Source: an uncultured Gemmatimonadota bacterium (lineage in GTDB: Bacteria; Blakebacterota; Blakebacteria; Blakebacterales; Blakebacteraceae). Taken from it: a DNA stretch of 63,550 bases. Below are positions 36,284-46,784 of the stretch, in pieces. Numbering within the stretch: position 1 is the stretch's first letter; every line of letters begins with the position of its first letter. The translations under genes and the position numbers were made by a program. The stretch spans positions 1 through 63,550 of the forward strand of contig CAZNUA010000019.1 in NCBI GenBank assembly GCA_964576115.1, in the 5' to 3' direction. Below the pieces are notes generated by a model. The model searched no databases. It had not been told where the DNA came from and was given only the letters and a program-made list of their open reading frames with translations.

Positions 36284-38758
36284 TCAGGCGTCGCTGCCGC
36301 CGTTGCCGCTGCCGGTGGGCAGCGGCGCTTCAGCCGCCCGGCTGGCCGTGAAAACGAGATCGTCCCCCTTGCGGCTGACCTTGATCTCCTGCCCCTCTTC
36401 GATCGTGCCGCGGATGATCTCCTCGCTCAGGGGATCCTCGAGCAGTTTCTGGATCGTGCGGCGCAGGGGCCGCGCGCCGTAGGCGGGATCGAAGCCCTTT
36501 TCCGCGATCAACTCCTTGGCCGGGCCGGTCAGGGTCAGGCGCAGCTTGCGCTCGCCCATGCGGTTCTCGAGCTCGAGCAGCATCAGCTCGATGATCTGGT
36601 CGATCTCTTCGCGTCCCAGCTTGTGGAAGACCACCACTTCGTCGAGGCGGTTCATGAACTCGGGGTTGAAGATCTTCTTGGTCTCCTCGACCACCTTCTC
36701 CTTGAGTTTCTCGTAGTTGACATTCGGATCTTCGGGCTGGAAGCCGAGCCCGCGGCCCTTCTCCAGATCCCTCGTACCGATGTTGGAGGTCATGATCAGG
36801 ATGGTGTTGCGGAAGTTTACCTTGCGGCCCAGCCCGTCGGTGAGGTGACCGTCGTCGAGCACCTGCAGCAGGATGTTGAAGACTTCCGGGTGGGCCTTCT
36901 CGATCTCGTCGAGCAGGATGACCGAATAGGGTTTGCGGCGTACCTTTTCTGTGATCTGCCCGCCCTCTTCATAGCCCACGTAGCCCGGCGGCGAACCGAT
37001 CAAACGCGAGACGCTGAATTTCTCCATGTACTCGCTCATGTCGACCCGCACCAGCGCCTCTTCGTCGTCGAAGAGGAAGGCCGCCAGGGCCCGGGCGGTC
37101 TCGGTCTTGCCGACCCCGGTCGGGCCCAGGAAGACGAAACTCCCGATGGGCCGGTTGGGATCCTTCAGGCCGGCCCGGGTGCGCTGGATGGCCCGCGAGA
37201 CGGCCCGGATGGCTTCTGTCTGACCGATGACCCGCTTGCCGAGCTCGGCCTCCATGTTGAGCAGCTTCTCCGATTCGGTACGGGCCAGACGGAAGAGCGG
37301 AATGCCGGTCATGCCCGAGACGACTTCAGCCACGTCGTTCTCGGTCACGTAGACCTTGGTCTTCTGGATCGAGGCTTCCCAGTCGCGTTTGGCGTCTTCG
37401 AGTTCCTCGCGGGTCCTCCGCTCGCGGTCGCGCAGTTCGGCCGCCGATTCGAACTCCTGGTTCTTGACCGCCCCCTCCTTGGCCTCGCGCACGTCCTTCA
37501 GGCGCTCTTCGACCTCCCTGATCTCGGGCGGGAAAGTGTACTTCTTCAGGTGCACCCGGCTCCCGGTCTCGTCGATCACATCGATGGCCTTGTCGGGTAG
37601 AAAGCGGTCGGAAATGTAACGGTCGGCCAGTTGCACGGCGATGTCGATGGCCTCGTCTGTGATGATGACCTGATGGTGCTCCTCATACCGCGAGCGCAGG
37701 CCCTTGAGGATGTCGACTGTTTCCTCGGGCGTGGGGGGATCGACCATGACGGTCTGGAAGCGCCGCTCCAGGGCCCCGTCCTTTTCGATCGTCTTGCGGT
37801 ACTCGTCCAGGGTGGTGGCCCCGATGCACTGCAGCTCGCCGCGCGAAAGAGCCGGCTTGAACATGTTGCTGGCGTCCAGCGTGCCCTCGGCCGAACCGGC
37901 CCCGACGATGGTATGCAACTCGTCGATGAAGATGATGATGTTTTTCGATGCCCGCAGTTCGGCCATGACCGTCTTCAGACGCTCCTCGAACTGGCCCCGG
38001 AACTTGGTGCCGGCCACCAGCGAACCCATGTCGATCGAAATGACCCGCTTGTCTTCGAGCACCTTGGGCACCGAGCGATCGATGATCTTCTGGGCCAGGC
38101 CCTCCACAATGGCTGTCTTGCCCACTCCCGGCTCCCCGATCAGGGCCGGGTTGTTTTTCTTGCGGCGGCTCAGGATCTGGGCGATCCGCTCGATCTCGCC
38201 CTCCCGACCGATGGTCGGATCCAGCTCGCCCCGCTCGGCCAGCTGGGTCAGGTCGCGGCCGAAATGATCGAGGAAGGGGGTCTTCGACTTGCCCGGTTTG
38301 ATGTCGAGTCTCTCCGAGCCCTCCTCGCTACCCACCTTCATGATCTCGTCTTTGATCATCTTGTAGTTCACGCCGAAGGCGGAGAGGATCTGCGAGGCGG
38401 AACCGTCCTTGTCCTTGACCAGAGCCAGCAGAAGGTGTTCGGTGCCGACGAATTTGCTCTTCAGGGCCCGGGCCTCATAGGCGGCGATCTCGAGCACCTG
38501 CTTGGCGCGCGGCGTGAAGGGTACCTGGCCGATGGTCATCGAACCGCCCACGGTGGCGGTGGCGTCCTCGATCGACTGCCGCACCTCGTCGAGGTCGAGG
38601 CCGAGGTTCTCGAGCACGTTTACGGCTACACCTTCGCCGTCACGGATGATGCCGAGCAGGAAATGCTCGGTGCCGATATAGTCGTGTCCGAGCCGGGCGG
38701 ATTCCTCCCTGGCCAGCTGCATGACGCGTTTCACGCGGTCGGTGAACATGTCATTCAT
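36284..38758 (-). CDS. clpC: ATP-dependent Clp protease ATP-binding subunit ClpC
   Basis: Two Clp-N repeats (GTEH), NBD1 'GEPGVGKT', short UVR M-domain, NBD2 'GPTGVGKTE', ClpP-docking 'LGF' loop. Confidence 0.96.
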   Translation of the reverse strand: MNDMFTDRVKRVMQLAREESARLGHDYIGTEHFLLGIIRDGEGVAVNVLENLGLDLDEVRQSIEDATATVGGSMTIGQVPFTPRAKQVLEIAAYEARALKSKFVGTEHLLLALVKDKDGSASQILSAFGVNYKMIKDEIMKVGSEEGSERLDIKPGKSKTPFLDHFGRDLTQLAERGELDPTIGREGEIERIAQILSRRKKNNPALIGEPGVGKTAIVEGLAQKIIDRSVPKVLEDKRVISIDMGSLVAGTKFRGQFEERLKTVMAELRASKNIIIFIDELHTIVGAGSAEGTLDASNMFKPALSRGELQCIGATTLDEYRKTIEKDGALERRFQTVMVDPPTPEETVDILKGLRSRYEEHHQVIITDEAIDIAVQLADRYISDRFLPDKAIDVIDETGSRVHLKKYTFPPEIREVEERLKDVREAKEGAVKNQEFESAAELRDRERRTREELEDAKRDWEASIQKTKVYVTENDVAEVVSGMTGIPLFRLARTESEKLLNMEAELGKRVIGQTEAIRAVSRAIQRTRAGLKDPNRPIGSFVFLGPTGVGKTETARALAAFLFDDEEALVRVDMSEYMEKFSVSRLIGSPPGYVGYEEGGQITEKVRRKPYSVILLDEIEKAHPEVFNILLQVLDDGHLTDGLGRKVNFRNTILIMTSNIGTRDLEKGRGLGFQPEDPNVNYEKLKEKVVEETKKIFNPEFMNRLDEVVVFHKLGREEIDQIIELMLLELENRMGERKLRLTLTGPAKELIAEKGFDPAYGARPLRRTIQKLLEDPLSEEIIRGTIEEGQEIKVSRKGDDLVFTASRAAEAPLPTGSGNGGSDA

Positions 38759-38777
38759 TCGTCATCACTCCCCCCCG

Positions 38778-39854
38778 TCACGCCAGACTGCTCCGGACCA
38801 GGTCGGCCCGCAGAACATCGCGCTCGCTCGGATTGAGAACCCGACCCTCGCGTCGCTCCAGATGAGCGGGTTGGACGAGGATCGTTAGTACGTCTAACTT
38901 CTCTTTTTCGACGTCCGACACAAGCCCCATGTTCACGCCAAAGCGGACGGCACTGAGCAGGTTCATCCCCTCCCGCAGGGCCAGGATACGCGCGCTCCTC
39001 AGGGTGGCCAGAGCCCGGTGGACCTTGTCCTCGACCTGCAGGCGCGCCTCGCGGGTCAGCGTGTCGCGGGCCTCGAGCTCGTATTCCACCAGCTTGCGAC
39101 CGGCGCTGAAGAGGGTGTTGATGATGTCCTCTTCCGACCGCCCCAGGGTGAGCTGATTGGCGATACGGAAGAGGTTGCCGAAAACGGCCGAACCCTCTCC
39201 GAAAACGCCCCTGACTTCCATCCCGTACCGGGTGATACGTCGCAGAACGTCCTCGGCCTCGTCGGTCAGCACCAGTGCCGGCAGGTGGGCCAGAATACTG
39301 GCGCGCAGACCTGTCCCCGCTGCGGTGGGGCTGACCGTAAGGTAACCGAAATCGGGGCTGAATGCGAACGGGAGTGTGTCACCGAGGGCATCGTCGACAG
39401 CGTCGATCCGTTCCCAGGCCAGGCCCGGCTCGAAACCCGACATGGTGCAGGCCAGGCGCAGGTGGTCGCCCTCGTTCAGACCCGCCACCAGCGCTTCGTC
39501 GGCGCTGAAAGCCACCCCGGCGGGGTGCCCGCTCTCGGCCAGTCCCACCCCGATCATAAACCGCTCCACCAGCAGGCGGCGGTCGCTCCAGACCAGATCC
39601 TCGAGCGCCGCCCGGGCCCGGACGGCGAAAGCCTCACTGCGGTCCAGGGCTTCGGCCATACGGCCGCGGTTTTCGCGATTGGCGGTCTCATCGGCCCGGT
39701 GCGGGAACACCGTCGCCCGCAGGTTGCGGGCCAGGCGGACCCGGGTGGAGAGAATGACTCCCTCGCCGGGATCATCTCCCGAAGCCGGGGCGAGGAGCCA
39801 GCCGGGAGGCCGGGTGCTCAGCTCCTGCAGGGTATTCTCGAAACCGGCCCCCAT
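38778..39854 (-). CDS. mcsB: McsB-family protein arginine kinase homolog with altered active-site motifs
   Basis: 'STRVRLARNL', 'NEGDHLR', 'GYLTVSPTAAGTGLRAS..HLPAL', 'RGVFGEGS', 'NQLTLG.SEE', 'QPAHL'; between mcsA and clpC. Confidence 0.9.
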   Translation of the reverse strand: MGAGFENTLQELSTRPPGWLLAPASGDDPGEGVILSTRVRLARNLRATVFPHRADETANRENRGRMAEALDRSEAFAVRARAALEDLVWSDRRLLVERFMIGVGLAESGHPAGVAFSADEALVAGLNEGDHLRLACTMSGFEPGLAWERIDAVDDALGDTLPFAFSPDFGYLTVSPTAAGTGLRASILAHLPALVLTDEAEDVLRRITRYGMEVRGVFGEGSAVFGNLFRIANQLTLGRSEEDIINTLFSAGRKLVEYELEARDTLTREARLQVEDKVHRALATLRSARILALREGMNLLSAVRFGVNMGLVSDVEKEKLDVLTILVQPAHLERREGRVLNPSERDVLRADLVRSSLA

Positions 39855-39855
39855 C

Positions 39856-40398
39856 TCACTCCGCTCCCTCACCCGTTCCGGCGGTCGGGCCCGGATCGTC
39901 GAGCCGGCGGAGTCGGTCGCGCAGCTCGGCGGCCTCTTCGAAGGCCTCGCTGCGCACGGCTTCCTCGAGCGCGGAACGCAGCAGGGCGGGATCCTCCTCC
40001 GCAGGCAGGGCGTGCGCTCCGGTGTAGGTCTTGCCCAGATGTTCTTCGGAACCGTGAACCCGCCGCAGAATCTCGCGCAGGGGTTCAGCGAAGGACGCAT
40101 AGCAGGTCGGACAGCCCAGGAGCCCCGACTCCCGGAACTCGCGGAAGGTCCAGCCGCAGCGGGGGCAGGCGACCGCATCGAGGGGGTGACCGCCCTCGGG
40201 CACCTGGTTCTCTTCGGTGATCTGCTCGAGGATGTCGCGGAAGATCAGATCGACGTGCAGGGGATTCTTGAGGACCGGTGTGGGTACGCCCCGCTTTTCG
40301 ACACACCCCTGGCAGAGATGGAGCACCTCTTTCCTGCCCTCCCTGACCTCGGTGTAGATGACGGTGGCGACACGCTGGCCGCAATCCTGGCAGAGCAT
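39856..40398 (-). CDS. mcsA: McsA (zinc-finger plus UVR domain) kinase activator
   Basis: Four CxxC motifs, 'HGSEEHLGK', C-terminal UVR 'EAFEEAAELRD'. Confidence 0.9.
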   Translation of the reverse strand: MLCQDCGQRVATVIYTEVREGRKEVLHLCQGCVEKRGVPTPVLKNPLHVDLIFRDILEQITEENQVPEGGHPLDAVACPRCGWTFREFRESGLLGCPTCYASFAEPLREILRRVHGSEEHLGKTYTGAHALPAEEDPALLRSALEEAVRSEAFEEAAELRDRLRRLDDPGPTAGTGEGAE

Positions 40399-40423
40399 CG
40401 GGTATTTCACCCCCGTGGCGTGA

Positions 40424-41150
<727 letters not shown>

Positions 41151-41158
<8 letters not shown>

Positions 41159-42401
41159 CACGGATCGCCTCCACGGGTACGAGCGAGGCCGCCCGGCGAG
41201 CCGGGTAGAGGCTGGCGGCGTAGCAGATGAGCAGGCTCACGGCCGTGATGAGCAGGAAGTCAAGCAGGCGCATGTCGATCGGTACGGCACTGATGAAATA
41301 CACATCGGGCGGAATCGAGATCAGCCGGAAGGTCTGCTGAGCCCAGCAGAAACCGTACCCCAGCACCAGACCGAGCACGGTCCCGATGACCCCCACGATC
41401 ATTCCCTGGGTGACGAAAACCCGCTGCATGGCCGCCCGGGTGGCGCCCATCGCCTTGAGGATGCCGATATCCTTCTTTTTCTCCAGGACCACCATGATCA
41501 GGGTCGAGACGATATTGAAAGCCGCCACCATGATGATCAGCCCCAGAATGATGAACATTGCCCACTTCTCGATGCTCATCCAGGCGAAGAGGTTCTTGTT
41601 CTGATCGATCCAGCTGATGATCCAGTAGGGATACTGCAGTTTGCTCTCGAGGCGTTTCTTGATCGTCCCGGCCCGCCACATGTCATCGAGCCGGATCGAG
41701 AGGCCGGTGACCCGGTCGCCCATGCCCAGCAGATCCTGGGCGGCCCCCAGACCCAGGTAGACATAGGCGATATCGTACTCGTAGAGCCCCGTCTTGAAGA
41801 CCCCGGTGATCTTGACATTGCGCATCCGGACCGAGGGCATCATCGGCAGCGTGCCGCCGGTGCTCTCCATCTCGGGAATGACGATCGCCACCCCCTCCTG
41901 CCCTACCCCGCCGATCTGCTGGCTGAGATCGTAGCCGGCGATCATGCCGTACAGATTGACCCGCCCCTTCGTGAAGATGCCGAAATCGATCGCCCCGTAG
42001 TGGATCTTGTCGGCCAGCCGGTAGACGGCATCGGCCGTGGCCGGATCGATGCCGCGGATGACGGCGGTGGTGCGCTGGGCGCCCTGGATCAGACCTTCGG
42101 CTTCGATGAAGGGGGTCACCCCGATCACCCCTTCCACGGCGGCGATGGTATCCATCAGTGCGGGCCACGCTTCGCCCGCCACACCGCGGTTGTGAAAGGT
42201 AACGATCCGCAGGTGGGCGTCGGTGTCGAGGATCTTCTGCCGGACCTCGGTCTCGAGGCCGTTCATGGTGCTCAGCACGATCGCCAGGGCGGCCACCCCG
42301 ATCGCCACGCCGCCGACCGAAAAATAGGTGATGATCGAGATGAACCGGGTGCGGCGGCGCGAGCGCAGGTACCGGCCGGCTATGAAGCTCTCGTATCGCA
42401 C
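41151..42401 (-). CDS. lolC: Lipoprotein-releasing ABC transporter permease (LolC/E)
   Basis: 'FISII...GVAIGVAAL..VLS.MNG', 'VAAFNIVSTL...EKKKDIGILKAMGA', 'YPARRAA...P.EAIR.E'. Confidence 0.9.
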
Positions 42402-42414
42402 GCGCTCGCCTTTC

Positions 42415-44088
42415 TCAGGTTACGGCCCCCGGGTCCTGCCCGGCGTCGGGGTCGTCCCGATTCTCCGGAGCCCCGGATTCGTCCGCAGCGGCGGCTCCCG
42501 ATCCGCCCTCTCCCCCCTCGGGACGCATGACGGGGAAGAGGATCACGTCGCGGATCGAGGGGGTGCCGGTCAGGAGCATGACCACCCGATCGATCCCCAC
42601 CCCGAGCCCGCCGGTCGGGGGCATACCGAACTCCAGAGCCCGCACGAAGTCGGCGTCGAACCGCTGGGCTTCCTCGTCCCCGAGTTCGAGCAGGGCCAGC
42701 TGCGAGCGGAAACGCTCCCGCTGGTCGTCGGGATCGTTCAGCTCGCTGAAAGCGTTGGCAAACTCCATCCCGGCGATCACCAGCTCGAACCGCTCGGTCA
42801 GACCCGGCCTGCCTCTGTGACGCTTGGCCAGGGGACTGAGTTCCAGCGGGTGGTCGATCACGAAGACCGGCTGCAGCAGATGGGGCTCGGCCCAGTGGCC
42901 GAAGGCTGCGTCCAGCAGTGCGGCCCGCCCCAGAGCGTTCTCGACCTCGGCCCCGTCGGCCGTGAGCGAGGCCCGCAGCTCATCGTCATTCATCTCGAGG
43001 ACCGCCGGACCGCCGTGGTCGCCGATCAGGTCGGGCCATGTCCGCCGCGGCCACGGCGGGCTCAGATCGATCTCGACTCCCTCGAAGGTGACGGTGGCTT
43101 CGCCCTCGAGAACGGTGTCGATCCAGTGGCTGAACATCGCTTCGACCAGGGTCATGATGTCGCCGTAATCGGCAAACGCCTGGTAGAGTTCGAGCATCGT
43201 GAACTCGGGATTGTGGCGCTTGTCGAGACCCTCGTTGCGGAAGATCCGGCCGATTTCGTAGACCTTCTCCAGCCCCCCCACGATCAACCGCTTGTGGTGC
43301 AGTTCGATCGCAATGCGCAGGTACATCTCGATGTCCAGCGCGTTGTGCAGGGTGGTGAAGGGACGGGCGCTGGCCCCGCCGTGCAGGGTCTGCAGGATCG
43401 GTGTTTCGACCTCGAGAAACCCGCGGTCGTCGAGAAAAGCGCGCAGTTCGGTGACGATCCGGGCCCGCCGGCGGAAGACCTCGCGCACCCCGGGATTGAC
43501 GAAGAGATCGACGTAGCGCTGGCGGTAGCGCAGTTCCTTGTCGGCGAAGGCGTAGTGGGTCGTTTCCTCGCCCGTGTCGGGATCGGTCGTCGTCTTCGGG
43601 GTGGGAATCGGCCGTAGCGACTTGGCCAGCACCGCCAGGCTCTCCACGGCCAGGGTCCTTTCACCGGTGCGGGTGACCATGAGAGTGCCCTCGACTCCGA
43701 TCCAGTCCCCCAGATCGAGCAGCTCGCCGACCGCCCAGGCCTGATCCCCGACCGTGTCCTTTTTCACATACAGCTGCAGACTGCCGGTGGCGTCGAGCAG
43801 ATCGGTGAAGAAAGTCTTGCCGTGCCGGCGCATGGTCATGAGCCGGCCCGCCAGGCGCAGGCGGGGAGGATCCTCCCCCTCCCCGGCCGGGCCACAGAGA
43901 TCGTCCCACTGCGTCAGCACTTCGCCGACACTGTGGGTCCGCTCCCAACGGTAGGGCCACGGTTCGATCCCCAGGGCGGCGAGTTCCTGCAGGTGCTGCC
44001 GCCGGGCGGCGACGTACTGGTCCTCCTCGGCTGCCCGGTCGCCGCCCGGGGTCGGTGACGGTTCCCGCTCTCGGTTGGATTCGGTCAC
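42415..44088 (-). CDS. lysS: Lysine--tRNA ligase (class II)
   Basis: 'RYRQRYVDL', 'GGASARPF.T.HNAL', 'FRNEG', 'HNPEFTMLE', 'ANAFSELNDP', 'GMPPTGGLG.GIDR'. Confidence 0.97.
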   Translation of the reverse strand: MTESNREREPSPTPGGDRAAEEDQYVAARRQHLQELAALGIEPWPYRWERTHSVGEVLTQWDDLCGPAGEGEDPPRLRLAGRLMTMRRHGKTFFTDLLDATGSLQLYVKKDTVGDQAWAVGELLDLGDWIGVEGTLMVTRTGERTLAVESLAVLAKSLRPIPTPKTTTDPDTGEETTHYAFADKELRYRQRYVDLFVNPGVREVFRRRARIVTELRAFLDDRGFLEVETPILQTLHGGASARPFTTLHNALDIEMYLRIAIELHHKRLIVGGLEKVYEIGRIFRNEGLDKRHNPEFTMLELYQAFADYGDIMTLVEAMFSHWIDTVLEGEATVTFEGVEIDLSPPWPRRTWPDLIGDHGGPAVLEMNDDELRASLTADGAEVENALGRAALLDAAFGHWAEPHLLQPVFVIDHPLELSPLAKRHRGRPGLTERFELVIAGMEFANAFSELNDPDDQRERFRSQLALLELGDEEAQRFDADFVRALEFGMPPTGGLGVGIDRVVMLLTGTPSIRDVILFPVMRPEGGEGGSGAAAADESGAPENRDDPDAGQDPGAVT

Positions 44089-44182
44089 ATCAGCTCCCCG
44101 TTCGGGCTTCGATCATGTCAGCTTCCCCTCACTCGCGGTGGTCCGGCCCGCCTGCGGAGCTGCGGTCTGCGCCGACCGCCTC

Positions 44183-44836
44183 TCAAATCAATATATCGGG
44201 TCGCCGCCGCACCACCTCGGTGATTCCCGCATTGTGCAGATCGCTGCGCACCACCCGCCACCGCCGGTCGAAACGCAGAAAGGAAAGCAGCAGCAGGATG
44301 GTACCCTGATGACTGACGACCAGTCGCTCGCGGCTGACCGGAGATCCTTCTCCGGCCGGGGGACGCCACTGCAGCAGTGCCCGCCAGGCCCGCACCACCC
44401 GTCCCCGGGCCGCATAGACGGTTTCCTCGATATCGTAGAGGGGCAGGAACTGCCGCGCCATACTCCGCAGGAACCACGACCGCAGGGGCCGCGGATCGCG
44501 ATGCTTGTACAGCGGTTCATGGGCGGTCGGCACGAACTCGCGGAAACCCGCCATCGAGACGATCGGCAGACCGAGTCCCTCGGCCAGGATATCGGCGCTC
44601 GCGATCGCCCGGGGCAGCGTGGAAGCATGCACCGCGGCCAGGTTGTGATCGGCGAAGAACTCGACCAGAGCCGCAATCTGGCGATGTCCCTCCCCGGTCA
44701 TCTCGCGATCGTCCGAACCCAGCACGATGCGGTTGTACTCGGCCAGGGTCAGCAGGCGCCGGCGGCTGTACATGTTGTCTCGGGTCTGCCCGTGGCGTAC
44801 GACCCAGACCCGATCGACCAGTCCGGCACTGCGCAT
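44183..44836 (-). CDS. Histidine phosphatase (phosphoglycerate mutase-like) family protein
   Basis: 'VVRHGQT', 'STLPRA', 'FRE', 'VVSHQG', 'NAGIT'. Confidence 0.8.
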   Translation of the reverse strand: MRSAGLVDRVWVVRHGQTRDNMYSRRRLLTLAEYNRIVLGSDDREMTGEGHRQIAALVEFFADHNLAAVHASTLPRAIASADILAEGLGLPIVSMAGFREFVPTAHEPLYKHRDPRPLRSWFLRSMARQFLPLYDIEETVYAARGRVVRAWRALLQWRPPAGEGSPVSRERLVVSHQGTILLLLSFLRFDRRWRVVRSDLHNAGITEVVRRRPDILI

Positions 44837-44852
44837 GCCGCGCGAGGGCTCC

Positions 44853-45954
44853 TTACTCTTCCTTGGTCCAGGTCAGAAAACCTTCGATGAAGGCCCCGAG
44901 ATCCCCGTCGAGTACGGCCTGGACGTTGGAGGTTTCCACCCCGGTGCGATGATCTTTGACCATCGTATAGGGGTGCAGCACGTACGAGCGGATCTGGCTG
45001 CCCCACTCGATTTTCTTCTTTTTCGCCTCCAGCTTGTTCTGCCGCTCCCGCTGCTTCTCGAGTTCGAGCTGGTACAGTCGCGAGCGCAGGATCCGCATGG
45101 CCATGTCGCGGTTGCGGTGCTGGGACCGTTCGGCCTGGGACTGGGCCACGATCCCGGTCGGCAGGTGGGTGATCCGGACCGCGCTCGAAGTTTTGTTCAC
45201 GTGCTGTCCCCCCGCTCCGCTGGCCCGGTAGGTATCGATCCGCAGGTCACCCTCGTCGATCTCGATTGCGATGTCGTCATCGACCGCGGGGGTGACGAAA
45301 ACGCTCGCAAAGCTGGTATGGCGGCGCGAGGAAGCGTCGTAGGGGCTGATCCGCACCAGGCGGTGTACCCCCGACTCGGATTTGAGATACCCGTAGGCGT
45401 ACTGACCCTCGATATCGAGGGTGACATCCTTGACGCCCGCTTCCTCACCGGGCTGGAAATCGAGGACGGTCTGGGCATAGCCGGCCTGCTCGATATAGCG
45501 GGTGTACATGCGGTACAGCATCTCGGCCCAGTCCTGCGACTCGGTTCCGCCGGCGCCGGGATGGATGGTCAGAATCGCACCCAGCCGGTCTTCGGACCGG
45601 GAGAGGGTGCTGGCCAGTTCGAGCCGGTCCACTTCCCGGCCCAGGTGCTCGACCCCACGGCCGAGCTCGGCCTCGAGCCCCTCGTCGCTCTCCTCGGCGA
45701 GCAGTTCCTCCATCGCCTCCAGATCGCCCAGGCTCTTTTCGGCCGCCCGCCACGGTTCGATGACGCTCTTGGCCTGCTTGACGGCCTCGATGGCTATCTG
45801 GGCCGATTCCCGGTCATCCCAGAAACCGGGCTCCGCCATCCGTTTTTCGAGCCGGGTCAGTTCTTCTTCGTGATGAGCGACCTCAAAGAAACCTCCCGAG
45901 TTCGACGATCCGGGAGCGGAGGTCTTCCAGGCGGTCGGCGTATATCGTAGGCAT
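44853..45954 (-). CDS. prfB: Peptide chain release factor 2, expressed through a programmed +1 frameshift
   Basis: ATG 45954 plus 23 codons to CTT TGA, then a +1 shift joins the long ORF with 'GAGGTESQDW', 'HRLVRISPY', 'GAGGQHVN', 'WGSQIRSY'. Confidence 0.96.
45882..45897 (-). other. RF2 programmed +1 frameshift site
   Basis: Minus strand GGGAGG TTT CTT TGA G: internal SD, 3-nt spacer, slippery CTT-TGA. Confidence 0.93.
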
Positions 45955-45959
45955 GTTCT

Positions 45960-46508
45960 TCAGTCATCCCTCCGGCGGTCGAACACTGGCCGCAGGCGTG
46001 CATAGGTGGCGGTGAGGTCCTCGGAGAGCACCTTGGTGTCCCCCAGAACCGGCATGAAATTTGTATCCCCGACCCAGCGGGGAACCACATGCAGGTGCAG
46101 GTGGTCGACGATCCCGGCTCCCGCCGCCCGGCCCAGGTTGAAGCCCAGGTTGAATCCCTGGGCCCGCAGGGCTTCGCCCAGGATTTCTGTACAGATCCCG
46201 GCCACCCGCATGATCTCGGCCAGGGCGACGTCGTCCAGATCGCCGATCTGGGCCTGATGATCGTAGGGCACGACCATCAGGTGGCCGGTGTTGTAGGGGT
46301 AGAGATTCATGAGGACGTAGGTCAGCTCGAAACGGGCGACGATCAGCTTCTCCTCGTCGGTGCGCCCGGTGTCGCCGGGGATGGTGCAGAGAACGCACTC
46401 CTCGGGCTCGGGGGCACTGATGTAGGCATAGCGCCACGGCGCCCAGAGCCGTTCGGGCCCGACCCCGACCGGACGCGTCCCCGGTTCCGCCGACTCGCTC
46501 TGGCTCAT
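45960..46508 (-). CDS. HIT-family hydrolase (Ap4A phosphorylase-like)
   Basis: 'LWAPWR', CxxC 'CVLC', 'NLYPYNTGHLMVVPY', 'GFNLGFNLGRAAGAG', 'HLHLHVVPRW.GDTNF'. Confidence 0.9.
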   Translation of the reverse strand: MSQSESAEPGTRPVGVGPERLWAPWRYAYISAPEPEECVLCTIPGDTGRTDEEKLIVARFELTYVLMNLYPYNTGHLMVVPYDHQAQIGDLDDVALAEIMRVAGICTEILGEALRAQGFNLGFNLGRAAGAGIVDHLHLHVVPRWVGDTNFMPVLGDTKVLSEDLTATYARLRPVFDRRRDD

Positions 46509-46517
46509 GATCCCGTC

Positions 46518-46636
46518 CGTTCCGTACTGCGGGCGTTCCCGAACCCCGTACCATCCCGCACCGCTGATGATCCCGATCCGCAGGCGATCCCGAGCCGCGG
46601 TCGATCCCGAGCCGCAGTCAATCCCGGTCCTCCTGC
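46518..46636. repeat. Degenerate 17-bp tandem repeat, about 7 units
   Basis: TCCCG recurs at 46537, 46554, 46571, 46588, 46605 and 46622 (exact 17-nt period); consensus about GATCCCGANCCGCNGNC. Confidence 0.85.
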
Positions 46637-46784
46637 AGCACCGAATATAGGGACTGGTACCGACCCGGTCCACCACCCACCGGCCGGGATCGGATGCCGG
46701 CCGGAAACCGGGTTCGCACGCAGGCCCGGAAATACTTCAAGTGTTACTTTACTATATTCATTTATTTCACTTCCTATATGCTTC

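Noticed and set aside
45857-45954. prfB as a frameshifted pseudogene or sequencing error
   Set aside because: The break lies exactly at the conserved SD plus CTT-TGA programmed frameshift.
46518-46636. CRISPR array interpretation of the repeats
   Set aside because: The units are contiguous 17-mers without unique spacers, and there are no cas genes.
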